Below are positions 28,188 to 38,873 of a stretch of 64,000 nt of DNA, one piece after another. The notes beneath the pieces are model-generated. The model had not been told where the DNA came from, did not search any database, and saw only the letters and a list, made by a program, of their open reading frames with translations. The stretch is from contig JASGHQ010000008.1 in the NCBI GenBank assembly GCA_049841115.1, positions 1,073 to 65,072 of the forward strand, in the 5' to 3' direction. This stretch comes from Flavobacterium sp. (lineage in GTDB: Bacteria; Bacteroidota; Bacteroidia; Flavobacteriales; Flavobacteriaceae). The translations under genes and the position numbers were made by a program. Numbering within the stretch: position 1 is the first letter of the stretch; each line of letters begins with the position of its first letter.

Positions 28188-29741
28188 ATGCGTAAACTCT
28201 TTATCTTATTCTTTGTTGGTTTAGCTATCAGCCTTAGTTCATGTCGCCAGGATTTTGTATTCGAAGCAAGTACCGGAGACTTATTTTTTTCAAAAGACAC
28301 CGTATACCTGGATACCGTTTTTACTAACATCGGTTCAAGCACCTACACGCTGAAAGTGTACAATAGGAGCAGCAAAGACATCAAAATACCAACAATACAG
28401 CTGGGCAAAGGCCAGGCATCCAAATACAGGATGACGGTAGACGGAATGACCGGCGATAACAACCGCATCTTCCATGATGTCGAATTATTGGCCAAAGACA
28501 GTATGTATATTTTTATAGAAACTACGGCAGGCATCGCTGATGCCAATCCAAGCGACTTCCTTTATACAGACCAGATCCAGTTTGACAGCGGGGCCAACCT
28601 GCAGAAAGTGGAATTGGTAACCCTGATCCAGGATGCCTATTTCATCTTTCCAAACAAGACAAATGGTGTGATTGACCAGATCCCGATTGGCTTTAATGAT
28701 GACGGCACAGTGCTGAAAACCAACGGGCGAGACCTGGTACACAATCATCCTGACAATGATGACGAATTTAATTTCAAAACAGATAAGCCGTATGTCGTCT
28801 ATGGCTATGCCAGTGTCCCCAGCGGAGAAACCCTCCATATTCCGGGTGGCGCAAGGGTTCATTTTCATGCCGATTCGGGCATAGTGGTACAGGATGGCGG
28901 AAGCTTATTTATTGATGGCGGGTATTCATCTACCGCTGCGTTAGAGAATGAGGTCATTTTTGAAGGCGACCGGTTGGAACCCGAATTTTCTGATGTGCCC
29001 GGGCAATGGGGCGCCATTTATCTGCGCCACGGAAGCAAAGACCACGTAATAAAGAACCTGACCCTTAAAAATGCGGTGGTCGGGTTATTGATAGAGGAAA
29101 ACCTGGGAACTGCAATGGCCATAGAAAATACACAGATTTACGATTGCTCTAATTACGGATTGCTTGCAACCAACTGCCGTATCAATGGTAAAAACATGGT
29201 AATCAATAGTTGCGGCCAGGCTTCTTTGGCCACAATTTATGGCGGAACCTATAATTTCACACACTGTACCTTCAATAATAACTGGAGCAGTTCCAAACAA
29301 TTAGCCGTTTTGATGAACGATTATTTCAAGGACGATAATGGCGATTTCTTTTATAAGCCTTTTGCAGCCAATTTCACGAACTGTATTATCTATGGTTCCA
29401 ACAATGTGGAGTTTTCGCTTGAGCACAGGAGCACGGATACGTTTGCCTATAATTTGACCAATTGCCTGATTAGGTTCAACAACAGCCAGTTCAATGGCAC
29501 CGGATTGTATAATTTCAATGAGCCTGCCAATTATTCGAACTGCCTGGTGACTGCGGTTACGTCGAACATCAACCCTGATTTTAAGGATATCAGCAAGAAT
29601 CAATTAAGCCTGCTGGAAGATTCAGCGGCAATCAACAAAGGATTGAACCTGAGCCCAAATTTCAATGACATCTTAAACCATGCTAGGCCTACAAGCCCAA
29701 ATCCCAACCCGGATATCGGTGCGTATCAGTATCAACCGTAA
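28188..29741 (+). CDS. Lipoprotein with Ig-like and right-handed beta-helix domains
   Basis: Lipobox LSSC; FSKDTVYLDTVF; PGQWGAI, parallel beta-helix type repeats (IENTQIYDCS, FTHCTFNN, FTNCIIYG); C-terminal DIGAYQ. Confidence 0.75.
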   Translation: MRKLFILFFVGLAISLSSCRQDFVFEASTGDLFFSKDTVYLDTVFTNIGSSTYTLKVYNRSSKDIKIPTIQLGKGQASKYRMTVDGMTGDNNRIFHDVELLAKDSMYIFIETTAGIADANPSDFLYTDQIQFDSGANLQKVELVTLIQDAYFIFPNKTNGVIDQIPIGFNDDGTVLKTNGRDLVHNHPDNDDEFNFKTDKPYVVYGYASVPSGETLHIPGGARVHFHADSGIVVQDGGSLFIDGGYSSTAALENEVIFEGDRLEPEFSDVPGQWGAIYLRHGSKDHVIKNLTLKNAVVGLLIEENLGTAMAIENTQIYDCSNYGLLATNCRINGKNMVINSCGQASLATIYGGTYNFTHCTFNNNWSSSKQLAVLMNDYFKDDNGDFFYKPFAANFTNCIIYGSNNVEFSLEHRSTDTFAYNLTNCLIRFNNSQFNGTGLYNFNEPANYSNCLVTAVTSNINPDFKDISKNQLSLLEDSAAINKGLNLSPNFNDILNHARPTSPNPNPDIGAYQYQP

Positions 29742-29745
29742 TAAC

Positions 29746-29776
29746 AAAAAGGCAGCTAAAAATTAGTTGCCTTTTT
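29746..29776 (+). terminator. Rho-independent terminator
   Basis: AAAAAGGCAGCTAA...TTAGTTGCCTTTTT. Confidence 0.7.
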
Positions 29777-29917
29777 ATTTGAAACTTATTTTTTCCAATC
29801 ATTTTTTTAAGCTAAATTTGCAGCTACAACAACTACACCCGAGGCGTAGCCGACACGAAGCTTTAGCGAACTGGCGAAGCAATTGTATGGAGCGCAGCGG
29901 AATAAAACAACAACACA

Positions 29918-32900
29918 ATGATTCATTTCTTCGGAAACGAAAGCACTACCGTTTTTGCCGTTCAGTCGCAAAACGGGCTTTCGGCAGAAACCATCTCAAA
30001 ATTAAACTGGCTGTTCGCCGATGCACATAAAATAGAAAAATCCGTCCTGACGGATTTTTTTATTGGACCCCGTGCCGCTATGATCACACCATGGAGTACC
30101 AATGCTGTTGAGATTACCCAAAACATGGGAATCGGCGGAATTATCCGCATTGAGGAATTCTATAAGGTTCCGACTGATTTTACAAATTTCGACCCGATGC
30201 TTTCGCAAAAATACAGCGAATTGAACCAGGATATTTTTACCATCAATATCCAACCGGAACCCATTATTGAAATCGACGATATCGCTGCCTATAACCAACA
30301 GGAAGGTTTGGCGTTGAGTGGCGAGGAAGTCACGTACCTTGAAAATCTTTCCAAAAAACTGAACCGAAAACTTACCGATTCAGAAGTTTTTGGGTTTTCT
30401 CAGGTGAATTCTGAACACTGCCGTCATAAAATCTTCAATGGGACTTTTGTGATTGATGGTATCGAAAAAGACATGTCATTGTTCAAAATGATCAAAAAAA
30501 CTTCAGAACTCAACCCGAATGATATAGTATCAGCTTATAAAGATAATGTAGCTTTTATCAAAGGCCCGAAAGTAACCCAATTTGCTCCAAAAACCGGAGA
30601 CAAAGCCGATTTTTACCAGGAAAAGGAATTCAATTCGGTCATCTCTATAAAGGCCGAAACACATAACTTCCCAACAACCGTAGAGCCTTTTAATGGAGCC
30701 GCAACAGGTTCGGGCGGAGAAATCCGCGACAGGCTGGCCGGCGGGCAAGGTTCGTTGCCATTGGCCGGAACTGCGGTCTATATGACTTCTTATTCACGCC
30801 TGGCAAATGACCGAAACTGGGAAAAGGGCATGAACGAAAGAAAATGGCTGTACCAGACCCCGATGGACATTTTGATCAAAGCCTCGAACGGGGCTTCGGA
30901 TTTTGGGAATAAATTTGGCCAACCGCTTATCACAGGTTCTGTCCTGACGTTTGAACATGAAGAAAACAACCGAAAACTTGGCTTTGATAAAGTAATCATG
31001 CTTGCGGGCGGAATCGGTTACGGAAAAGAGGAACAGGCTAAAAAACATAAACCTAAAAAAGGCGACAAAATTGTAGTCCTCGGTGGTGAAAATTACAGGA
31101 TCGGAATGGGCGGTGCTGCCGTTTCATCTGCGGATACGGGAGCATTTGGTTCGGGGATCGAGTTGAATGCCATCCAGCGTTCGAACCCCGAAATGCAGAA
31201 ACGGGCTGCCAATGCGATACGTGCATTTGTTGAAAGCGACACCAACCCTATTGTTTCGATACACGACCATGGTGCGGGCGGGCATCTGAACTGCCTATCC
31301 GAATTGGTGGAAGAAACCGGCGGATTGATCGATTTGGACAAATTGCCTGTTGGCGATCCTACGCTTTCTGCCAAAGAAATCATTGGGAATGAATCCCAGG
31401 AACGCATGGGATTGGTGATTGGTAAAGAAGACATTGAAACCCTAAAGACTATTGCAGAACGCGAGCGTGCCCCGATGTACGAAGTGGGTGAAGTGACCGA
31501 CGATCATCGTTTTACGTTTGAAAGCAAAAGCACTGGCGAAAAGCCTATGGATTTTGCGTTGAGCGATATGTTTGGCAGTTCCCCTAAAATGATCATGGCC
31601 GATTCTACTTTAGCAATTAATTATGCTGAAATTCCATACACACAAGATAAGATTCAGGAATATTTAAATCAGGTTTTACAGTTGGAAGCCGTTGCCTGCA
31701 AAGACTGGCTGACCAACAAAGTCGACCGCTGCGTGAGTGGAAAAGTGGCCAAGCAGCAATGTGCAGGGCCACTGCAATTGCCTTTAAATAATGTTGGTGT
31801 AATGGCTTTGGATTATCACGGAAAAGAAGGAATTGCCACAACCATAGGGCATTCGCCGGTTTCTGCCTTGATTAACCCAAGTGCAGGATCGCGGAATTCC
31901 ATTGGTGAAGCCTTGTCGAACATTGTTTTCGCTCCGCTGAAAGACGGACTGAAAAGCGTTTCATTATCTGCAAACTGGATGTGGGCATGTAAGAATACAG
32001 GCGAAGACGCGCGTTTGTACGAAGCAGTAAAAGCGTGTTCGGATTTTGCCATTGAATTGGGGATCAATATCCCAACCGGAAAGGATTCGCTTTCGATGAA
32101 ACAGAAATACCCAAATGACGAAGTGATCGCACCGGGAACGGTGATTATTTCGGCTGCCGGAAATTGTTCGAATATTACTAAGGTTGTAGAGCCGGTTTTA
32201 CAGAAAAATGGTGGTTCGATCTATTATATCAATTTGTCACAAGATGGGTTCAAACTGGGCGGCAGTTCATTTGCCCAAATACAAAACAAAATAGGGAACG
32301 ATACACCTACCATTAAAGATTCCGCGTTTTTCAAAAAGGCGTTCAACGCCATCCAGGATTTAATCAGGGAAAGGCAGATCGTTGCCGGGCATGACATTGG
32401 TTCGGGCGGATTGATTACAACACTTTTGGAGATGTGTTTTGCCGATATCAATCTGGGCGCTAAAATCGACTTCAGTTCGTTTACCGAAAAAGATTTGGTA
32501 AAAATCCTTTTCTCAGAAAATATTGGATTGGTGCTTCAGGCAAAAGACGACGCTACGTTTGAAAAAGGTTTGGAAGGAATCGAATTCTTCAAAATTGGAA
32601 ACGTTGTAACTTCAACAGAATTAACAATTAGCTCCGCTCAATTTGCCGCAGGCTCGGGTCAAAATTTAAAATTCGACATTCAAGATAATAGAGACAAATG
32701 GTTTGAAACCTCGTACCTGCTCGATCAGAAACAAAGCAAAAACGGCAAAGCCAAAGAGCGCTTTGACAATTATAAAAAACAGCCGCTGAACTATACTTTC
32801 CCGATACATTTTACAGGGAAAAAACCTCTGGCTGACAGCTCGAAACCTCGTCCGAAGGCGGCCATCATCCGTGAAAAAGGAAGCAATTCCGAACGCGAAA

Positions 32901-33598
32901 TGGCTAATGCACTGTATTTAGCCGGATTTGATGTAAAAGACATCCACATGACCGACCTGATCTCGGGGCGTGAAAACCTCGAAGATGTACAGTTCATTGG
33001 GGCTGTTGGCGGATTTTCTAATTCTGATGTTTTGGGATCGGCTAAAGGCTGGGCAGGGGCTTTCAAATACAACGAAAAAGCCAACAATGCGATCAGGAAT
33101 TTCTTTAAAAGGGAAGACACACTTTCGGTAGGCATCTGTAATGGCTGCCAGCTGTTCATGGAATTGGAAGTCATCCATCCGGAGCATAAGGTTCATGGCA
33201 AAATGCTGCACAATGACAGCAATAAGCACGAGAGCATTTTCACATCGGTAAAAATACAGGAAAACAATTCGGTCATGCTTAGTACCCTTGCAGGAAGCAC
33301 GCTTGGAGTTTGGGTTTCCCACGGCGAAGGGAAATTCCAGCTGCCGGAAACGGAAAACCAGTACAACATCGTTGCCAAATATGCTTACCAAAATTATCCG
33401 GCAAATCCGAACGGATCGGACTACGACACCGCAATGATGTGTGATGCCACAGGGCGCCACCTGGTAATGATGCCGCATATTGAGCGTTCAACTTTCCCCT
33501 GGAACTGGGCACATTACCCAAATCATAAAAAAGACGAGGTTTCTCCATGGATCGAGGCCTTTGTCAATGCAAGATTATGGTTGGAAAACAATAGATAA
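29918..33598 (+). CDS. purL: Phosphoribosylformylglycinamidine synthase (large fused PurL)
   Basis: QVNSEHCRHKIF, KAETHNFP, GAATGSGGEIRD, HDHGAGG, NESQERM, GGFSNSD, GICNGCQ, MMPHIER. Confidence 0.98.
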   Translation: MIHFFGNESTTVFAVQSQNGLSAETISKLNWLFADAHKIEKSVLTDFFIGPRAAMITPWSTNAVEITQNMGIGGIIRIEEFYKVPTDFTNFDPMLSQKYSELNQDIFTINIQPEPIIEIDDIAAYNQQEGLALSGEEVTYLENLSKKLNRKLTDSEVFGFSQVNSEHCRHKIFNGTFVIDGIEKDMSLFKMIKKTSELNPNDIVSAYKDNVAFIKGPKVTQFAPKTGDKADFYQEKEFNSVISIKAETHNFPTTVEPFNGAATGSGGEIRDRLAGGQGSLPLAGTAVYMTSYSRLANDRNWEKGMNERKWLYQTPMDILIKASNGASDFGNKFGQPLITGSVLTFEHEENNRKLGFDKVIMLAGGIGYGKEEQAKKHKPKKGDKIVVLGGENYRIGMGGAAVSSADTGAFGSGIELNAIQRSNPEMQKRAANAIRAFVESDTNPIVSIHDHGAGGHLNCLSELVEETGGLIDLDKLPVGDPTLSAKEIIGNESQERMGLVIGKEDIETLKTIAERERAPMYEVGEVTDDHRFTFESKSTGEKPMDFALSDMFGSSPKMIMADSTLAINYAEIPYTQDKIQEYLNQVLQLEAVACKDWLTNKVDRCVSGKVAKQQCAGPLQLPLNNVGVMALDYHGKEGIATTIGHSPVSALINPSAGSRNSIGEALSNIVFAPLKDGLKSVSLSANWMWACKNTGEDARLYEAVKACSDFAIELGINIPTGKDSLSMKQKYPNDEVIAPGTVIISAAGNCSNITKVVEPVLQKNGGSIYYINLSQDGFKLGGSSFAQIQNKIGNDTPTIKDSAFFKKAFNAIQDLIRERQIVAGHDIGSGGLITTLLEMCFADINLGAKIDFSSFTEKDLVKILFSENIGLVLQAKDDATFEKGLEGIEFFKIGNVVTSTELTISSAQFAAGSGQNLKFDIQDNRDKWFETSYLLDQKQSKNGKAKERFDNYKKQPLNYTFPIHFTGKKPLADSSKPRPKAAIIREKGSNSEREMANALYLAGFDVKDIHMTDLISGRENLEDVQFIGAVGGFSNSDVLGSAKGWAGAFKYNEKANNAIRNFFKREDTLSVGICNGCQLFMELEVIHPEHKVHGKMLHNDSNKHESIFTSVKIQENNSVMLSTLAGSTLGVWVSHGEGKFQLPETENQYNIVAKYAYQNYPANPNGSDYDTAMMCDATGRHLVMMPHIERSTFPWNWAHYPNHKKDEVSPWIEAFVNARLWLENNR

Positions 33599-33604
33599 AT
33601 TCAC

Positions 33605-33633
33605 AAAGCACTTTTAATCGAGTGCTTTTTTTT
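33605..33633 (+). terminator. Rho-independent terminator after purL
   Basis: AAAGCACT-N8-AGTGCTTT plus T run. Confidence 0.7.
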
Positions 33634-33657
33634 GTAGTATTGTTAAAACAAAAATTG

Positions 33658-34443
33658 ATGAACCATACAGCCTGCCTAAATTGCGATACACCTGTAAATG
33701 GCAAATTCTGTTCGAATTGTGGCCAAAAAACAGATACACACAGGATTACCTTAAAACATTTTATTTTCCACGATATACTGCACGGAGTTTGGCATTTTGA
33801 AAAGGGGATTTTATTCACGATGAAACAGGCCATGTTAAGGCCCGGCAAATCTGCACTGGACTATATAGCCGGCAAAAGAATACGATTTTACAATGTTTTT
33901 TACCTTACGCTGCTGCTTATCGGTTTGAATATTTTCCTTTCCCATATCCAAACTGAGATGTCCCATGAATATTTTGGAACCAGATTGGAACCTGAAATGG
34001 ATAAAGCAGGAAAAAGCATCGACCAGTTTTTGGGTAACAATTCGAAACTTATTATTTTTTCGTTTATCCCGCTTTTAGCGGTAAACAGTTTTATCTTTTT
34101 CAGGAGGAAGAAATTGAATTTCAGTGAGCATTTCATCATTTCAGGGATGATGTTCCTGGGGGTCATAATCATTTCGACTGTGGGCATCTTGCTGTATTTT
34201 GCAGATTATGTGAAAGGGCTTGATTTTATTGGCAAAATTGCAAACTTCCTTATCCCGTTATCAATTTTAGTTTACCTGGTTGTAAACTATTACAGGACGT
34301 TTTCTGAAAACTACACCTGGAAGCAAAATATTTTCCGCGTGTCCGTGTTTATGCTGATGCTGCTATTTGAAATAGTCATTTTACTGGTACTGATGGTTGG
34401 TTATTTTACGCATTGGAAGTATGAGCTTCAGATGGTTTATTAA
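33658..34443 (+). CDS. DUF3667 domain membrane protein (second paralog)
   Basis: CLNC...FCSNCGQK, GILFTMKQAMLRPG, YIAGKRIRF; start taken at ATG 33658. Confidence 0.85.
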   Translation: MNHTACLNCDTPVNGKFCSNCGQKTDTHRITLKHFIFHDILHGVWHFEKGILFTMKQAMLRPGKSALDYIAGKRIRFYNVFYLTLLLIGLNIFLSHIQTEMSHEYFGTRLEPEMDKAGKSIDQFLGNNSKLIIFSFIPLLAVNSFIFFRRKKLNFSEHFIISGMMFLGVIIISTVGILLYFADYVKGLDFIGKIANFLIPLSILVYLVVNYYRTFSENYTWKQNIFRVSVFMLMLLFEIVILLVLMVGYFTHWKYELQMVY

Positions 34444-34545
34444 AATCAACATTTTAACAAATCAAACTGTTCATAACTAATCATCCCGCCTCGGTGAGTG
34501 ACATTGAATACTTTTTATTTTTAGTTCAATCTAAACCCAAACGTT

Positions 34546-35004
34546 ATGAAGATAAAAACCCTACTTTTATTTGTTTCATTGGCAGTTACATCCAGCAGTT
34601 TTGCCCAGCTGTGGGACAAAATCGAGGCCAAAGACGGCATGCATTATATTTCGCATTATATGGACAACATCAACCTGGACATCCTGGGCATCTATTCATT
34701 TAAAGGAAAAGAACCGGTTGTTGAACTGAATCAGTATGGAGCTGGTTTCTACCAATTACATGACCAGCCGAAAAGGCCAATGATCTGGGGACTGGAGTGC
34801 GATGAAAATGGCGCATTATTATTCAAAAAGGGATTTGACAATGCCAAATACATCCTTTGGTACCAATACACCACAAAATCTGCCAATGATGAAGATGATG
34901 ATATGAACTGGAAACCCGTTGAATTCACGATACATTTCAATACACAGAAAATGTTTATCCAGGGTGAAAGAAGCAAGGGATATAAAGAAAAACCAAAAAA
35001 ATAA
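34546..35004 (+). CDS. Secreted hypothetical protein
   Basis: Signal peptide (SSFA|Q), 152 aa, followed by a terminator. Confidence 0.7.
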   Translation: MKIKTLLLFVSLAVTSSSFAQLWDKIEAKDGMHYISHYMDNINLDILGIYSFKGKEPVVELNQYGAGFYQLHDQPKRPMIWGLECDENGALLFKKGFDNAKYILWYQYTTKSANDEDDDMNWKPVEFTIHFNTQKMFIQGERSKGYKEKPKK

Positions 35005-35008
35005 AGAG

Positions 35009-35036
35009 AAAGCCTTCTGAAATCGAAGGCTTTTTT
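35009..35036 (+). terminator. Rho-independent terminator
   Basis: AAAGCCTTC...GAAGGCTTT plus T run. Confidence 0.75.
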
Positions 35037-35230
35037 ATTGGTCAAAAATTATCTTTCAATAGCCTTGGCGGTTTCAATATGTGCTTTTAGTCCTGCAATG
35101 ATATTGCAAATAATTATCATGCGCCTAGACTCCAACTGGTTCTTTATTTTTTACAATCTTTTATATATTTGCACCACCTGCAATCTGATTTTGGCTTTAA
35201 CTCCAAAGATCTGAGAACATTATCAGTACA

Positions 35231-35758
35231 TTGAAAACACAAGCATTACAAATAAGTCAGCTTACAACTGAACGCCTGATCCTTATCCCATATACATTAC
35301 AGATCTGTAATGGCATCATCAATGATGATTTTAATGATTTGTTTAAAATGGGGCTACAAAAAGGGAAAAGCTGGCCCGATGAGGATGTCATCGAAACGCT
35401 GCCCAAAATCATCAATAATTTATCAAAAGTTGAAGCCCCAACCGGATTTGAATCCTGGATGATCATCAAAAAAGATACGTTAGAAATAATTGGCGACCTC
35501 GGATTTAAAGGCTATAACCAGCAAGAAGAAAATATTGATCTTGGCTATGGCATCATCAAAGAAGAAAGAAGGAAAGGTTATGCAGAAGAAGCTGCAACCG
35601 GAATTATAAATTGGGCACTTACATATCCAATAGTTAAGGAAATTACCGCACGTTGCCTGACAGCCAATACCGGCTCTATAAAGCTATTGCAGAAGTTAAA
35701 TTTTACAGAAACAAAACAGGCTGATGGAATGATTCATTGGTCGTTAACCAAAATATAA
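35231..35758 (+). CDS. GNAT acetyltransferase, RimJ/RimL type
   Basis: LTTERLILIP, IIGDLGFKG, LGYGI...RRKGYA, N.GSIKLLQKLNF. Confidence 0.88.
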   Translation: MKTQALQISQLTTERLILIPYTLQICNGIINDDFNDLFKMGLQKGKSWPDEDVIETLPKIINNLSKVEAPTGFESWMIIKKDTLEIIGDLGFKGYNQQEENIDLGYGIIKEERRKGYAEEAATGIINWALTYPIVKEITARCLTANTGSIKLLQKLNFTETKQADGMIHWSLTKI

Positions 35759-35836
35759 CAATGGGATGCGATCTGTAATTCGCAATTACCTATACGCAAT
35801 TACTTTTTAATTTATCTTTACAAAAAATAAATTATC

Positions 35837-37114
35837 ATGCAACACATCATTGACCGCTTTGTAAGCTACGTTACCATCGATACCGAATCGGATCCGAATT
35901 CGGATACAACACCAAGCACCAAAAAACAATTTGATTTAGCCAATAACCTCGTAAAGGAATTGAAGGCTATTGGGATGCAGGAAGTTACCATTGACAAACA
36001 CGGTTACATCATGGCGACTTTGCCTTCAAATGTAGACCACGAAGTGCCTACCATTGGGTTCATCTCGCATTTTGACACAACGCCCGATTTTACCGGAAAA
36101 GATGTAAAACCACAAATTGTCCCGAACTATGATGGTGGCGATATTGTACTGAATGCCGAGCAAAACATTGTGCTGTCCCCAAATTATTTTAAGGATCTGC
36201 TGCTATATAAAGGCCAGACACTTATTACTACCAATGGCCTGACCTTGCTTGGAGCCGATGACAAAGCCGGAATCACCGAAATCGTTACGGCCATGGAATA
36301 CCTGATACAGAACCCGCAGATCAAGCACGGAAAAATCCGTGTGGGCTTTACACCTGATGAAGAAATTGGCCGTGGCGCGGATTTGTTTGATGTCGCAAAA
36401 TTTGGTGCCGACTGGGCCTATACTATGGACGGCAGCCAGATTGGCGAGTTGGAATACGAAAACTTCAACGCAGCCGGGGTAAAAATCACCTTCAAAGGAA
36501 AAAGCGTGCATCCGGGTTATGCTAAAGGGAAAATGATCAACTCGATGCTGATTGCCAACGATTTCATCAACGAACTGCCAAAAGGCGAAACACCGCAGGA
36601 AACCAAAGGCTATGAAGGATTTTTCCATGTAACGGGAATTTCGGGCAGCATTGAAGAAACCAAACTGGACATGATCATCCGTGACCACGATATGAAGAAA
36701 TTCAAAAAACGCAAGAAACTGGTTCAGGAAATCACCAAAAAATTCAACAAAAAGTTCAAAAAGCAATTTGGTGAAGATATTGTGGTTACTTCTATTAAAG
36801 ATCAGTATTACAACATGAAGGAAAAAGTGGAGCCCGTAATGTTTATTGTTGATTTGGCCGAAAAAGCGATGAAATCGCTCGATATCAAACCACTGATCAA
36901 GCCTATACGCGGCGGGACTGACGGCTGCAGGCTATCTTATATGGGGTTGCCTTGCCCAAACATTTTTGCCGGCGGGCACAACTTCCATGGGAAATATGAA
37001 TATGTTCCGGTAGAAAGCATGCAGAAAGCCATTGACGTAATCATCAAGATTGCCGAACTTACGGCTGCAACTGATTTTTCAAAAAAGAAAGACAAAAAAG
37101 GCAAGAAAAAATAA
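35837..37114 (+). CDS. pepT: Peptidase T (tripeptide aminopeptidase)
   Basis: [51 protein letters not shown]. Confidence 0.97.
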   Translation: MQHIIDRFVSYVTIDTESDPNSDTTPSTKKQFDLANNLVKELKAIGMQEVTIDKHGYIMATLPSNVDHEVPTIGFISHFDTTPDFTGKDVKPQIVPNYDGGDIVLNAEQNIVLSPNYFKDLLLYKGQTLITTNGLTLLGADDKAGITEIVTAMEYLIQNPQIKHGKIRVGFTPDEEIGRGADLFDVAKFGADWAYTMDGSQIGELEYENFNAAGVKITFKGKSVHPGYAKGKMINSMLIANDFINELPKGETPQETKGYEGFFHVTGISGSIEETKLDMIIRDHDMKKFKKRKKLVQEITKKFNKKFKKQFGEDIVVTSIKDQYYNMKEKVEPVMFIVDLAEKAMKSLDIKPLIKPIRGGTDGCRLSYMGLPCPNIFAGGHNFHGKYEYVPVESMQKAIDVIIKIAELTAATDFSKKKDKKGKKK

Positions 37115-37906
37115 ATGAGAAGCGTTTCCACCAAAACACTTATCGATTTACTGAAAGAAAAGAAAAGGTTTTTCTCGTTGGGGAGCATTTTTATTTTAGC
37201 ATCAGTTTTTGTGCTGTTTCCGATGGTGGTTTTTATGATTTCGACGTTTTTTGAGCCTTATCAGAAATACGACACCAAAGCCATTTTATCCAAAGGAACT
37301 ACCGAAAAAGCTACAATAACCAGCACCCGCCCGGTAACGAATATTTCGGTTAACGGCCAGCACCCATTGGAAATAAGCTATGTGTACGACGTTGACGGAA
37401 AAGAAATCGAAGACCGGTTCCAGACCATGGACCTGGACAAAGCAGCCAATTTGAGAGGCGGAAGCATCATCAATATCAAATCCTATGGAAATGAATCGGT
37501 GATCACATCCCTAAAACCGTATAGCTTTCCGTTCGAATTTATGCTGGTTCTTCCATTTGTGTTTCTGGTTTTGGGGATTGTATTTTTCAGCATAGCATTA
37601 TTCCCCGCATTGAAAAAATACAAACTGTATAAAAATGGTGTTGTTACCGATGCACATTTTATTGGGATTAGCCTGTTTTCATCAACGCCATTGGCCAATG
37701 ACCGGATGGCAAATGTGGATTACTATTTTACAAAAAACGGGCATACGGTTTACGGAACCTCAACCACTGCCGAATTCCTGCCAATATCATTAAAAACGAA
37801 GGATGACATCATCAAGGTATTTGTAAACCCCGAAGACGAAAGCCAATCCTGCTACATTCCGAAATCGGCGATACAAAAAAACAACTGGAACATCCGTTTT
37901 GATTAA
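37115..37906 (+). CDS. Hypothetical membrane protein (two TM + beta-domain units, DUF3592-like)
   Basis: 263 aa directly after the pepT stop; two hydrophobic segments each followed by a similar G...A.I...Y.Y...G module. Confidence 0.6.
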   Translation: MRSVSTKTLIDLLKEKKRFFSLGSIFILASVFVLFPMVVFMISTFFEPYQKYDTKAILSKGTTEKATITSTRPVTNISVNGQHPLEISYVYDVDGKEIEDRFQTMDLDKAANLRGGSIINIKSYGNESVITSLKPYSFPFEFMLVLPFVFLVLGIVFFSIALFPALKKYKLYKNGVVTDAHFIGISLFSSTPLANDRMANVDYYFTKNGHTVYGTSTTAEFLPISLKTKDDIIKVFVNPEDESQSCYIPKSAIQKNNWNIRFD

Positions 37907-37914
37907 ATCGTGAC

Positions 37915-38496
37915 ATGAAAGAAGAAAAGAAAGTTTGGGACAAAGTCAACCAATGGGAAAAGGAACTGGAGATCCTCCGCGGGATACTTCAAAAAACCGA
38001 ATTGGTTGAAACCAACAAATGGGGCGGCGAAGTCTACACGGTCAACAACAAAAATGTATTGGGAATTGGAGGATTCAAAAACTATTTTACCATTTGGTTC
38101 TGGAACGGCGTTTTCCTGAAAGACGAAGCCAAAATTTTGGTCAATGCCAATGAAGGCGTGACAAAAGGCCTGCGCCAGTGGCGTTTTATTTCTGCAGAAG
38201 AAATCAATGAAAAACTGATCCTGCATTATGTGAACGAAGCAATTGCCAACGAAAAAGCCGGGCTTTCGATAAAACCGGAAAAGAAGGAAGCAATGAAATG
38301 CAGTTTTTTTGAAGATGAACTCCAGAAAGACCAAGACCTAAAAGCTGCCTTTGAAAAATTCACACCCGGAAAACAAAAAGAATTCTGGGAATACATGGCA
38401 ACGGCCAAACAGGAAAAAACCAAAGCAACACGCCTGGAAAAAATCAGGCCGATGATAATGGATGGAATTGGTTTGAATGATAAGTACAGGAAGTGA
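37915..38496 (+). CDS. YdeI/OmpD-associated family protein
   Basis: KWGGEVY, WFWNGVFLKD, AFEKFTPGKQKE, AKQEKTKATRLEK. Confidence 0.88.
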   Translation: MKEEKKVWDKVNQWEKELEILRGILQKTELVETNKWGGEVYTVNNKNVLGIGGFKNYFTIWFWNGVFLKDEAKILVNANEGVTKGLRQWRFISAEEINEKLILHYVNEAIANEKAGLSIKPEKKEAMKCSFFEDELQKDQDLKAAFEKFTPGKQKEFWEYMATAKQEKTKATRLEKIRPMIMDGIGLNDKYRK

Positions 38497-38529
38497 TTTA
38501 CGATATCGGACCTACGATTTGAAAAAAGT

Positions 38530-38564
38530 AAAAGCCCAAATTCCATTCAGAATTTGGGCTTTTT
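38530..38564. terminator. Bidirectional terminator
   Basis: AAAAGCCCAAATTC-cattca-GAATTTGGGCTTTT. Confidence 0.8.
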
Positions 38565-38592
38565 AAATTGTCCATCGATACCTTACCTTACA

Positions 38593-38871
38593 CTAAGCTT
38601 TCTTGTTTAGCGCTGCGGTCATTTCCAATGAAATGGCAGAACGCTCGATCTTAAGTTTTCCCGACATGGTTTCGATTACGGCAGTCGTATCAGCCAATTC
38701 TACCACTTTTCCGTGGAAGCCGCTTTTGGTTATGATTTTGTCGCCAACTTTAAGTCCGGCTTCGAATTCTTTTTCCTGTTTGATTTTCTTTTGCTGTGGG
38801 CGGATCATAAAGAAATAGATCACCACGAACATCAATAAAAAGAAAGGTATTTGATTTGCGAATTGTCCCAT
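38593..38871 (-). CDS. yajC: Preprotein translocase subunit YajC
   Basis: YFFMIRPQQKK, LKVGDKIITKSGFHGKV. Confidence 0.95.
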   Translation of the reverse strand: MGQFANQIPFFLLMFVVIYFFMIRPQQKKIKQEKEFEAGLKVGDKIITKSGFHGKVVELADTTAVIETMSGKLKIERSAISLEMTAALNKKA

Positions 38872-38873
38872 AA

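Noticed and set aside
29821-29917. Purine or ZTP riboswitch upstream of purL
   Set aside because: Lacks the conserved aptamer sequences of either class; kept only as an unexplained leader
35049-35150. Short minus-strand frame KIKNQLESRRMIIICNIIAGLKAHIETAKAIER*, a possible gene remnant
   Set aside because: Too short, no convincing start or recognisable family; cannot be supported without a search
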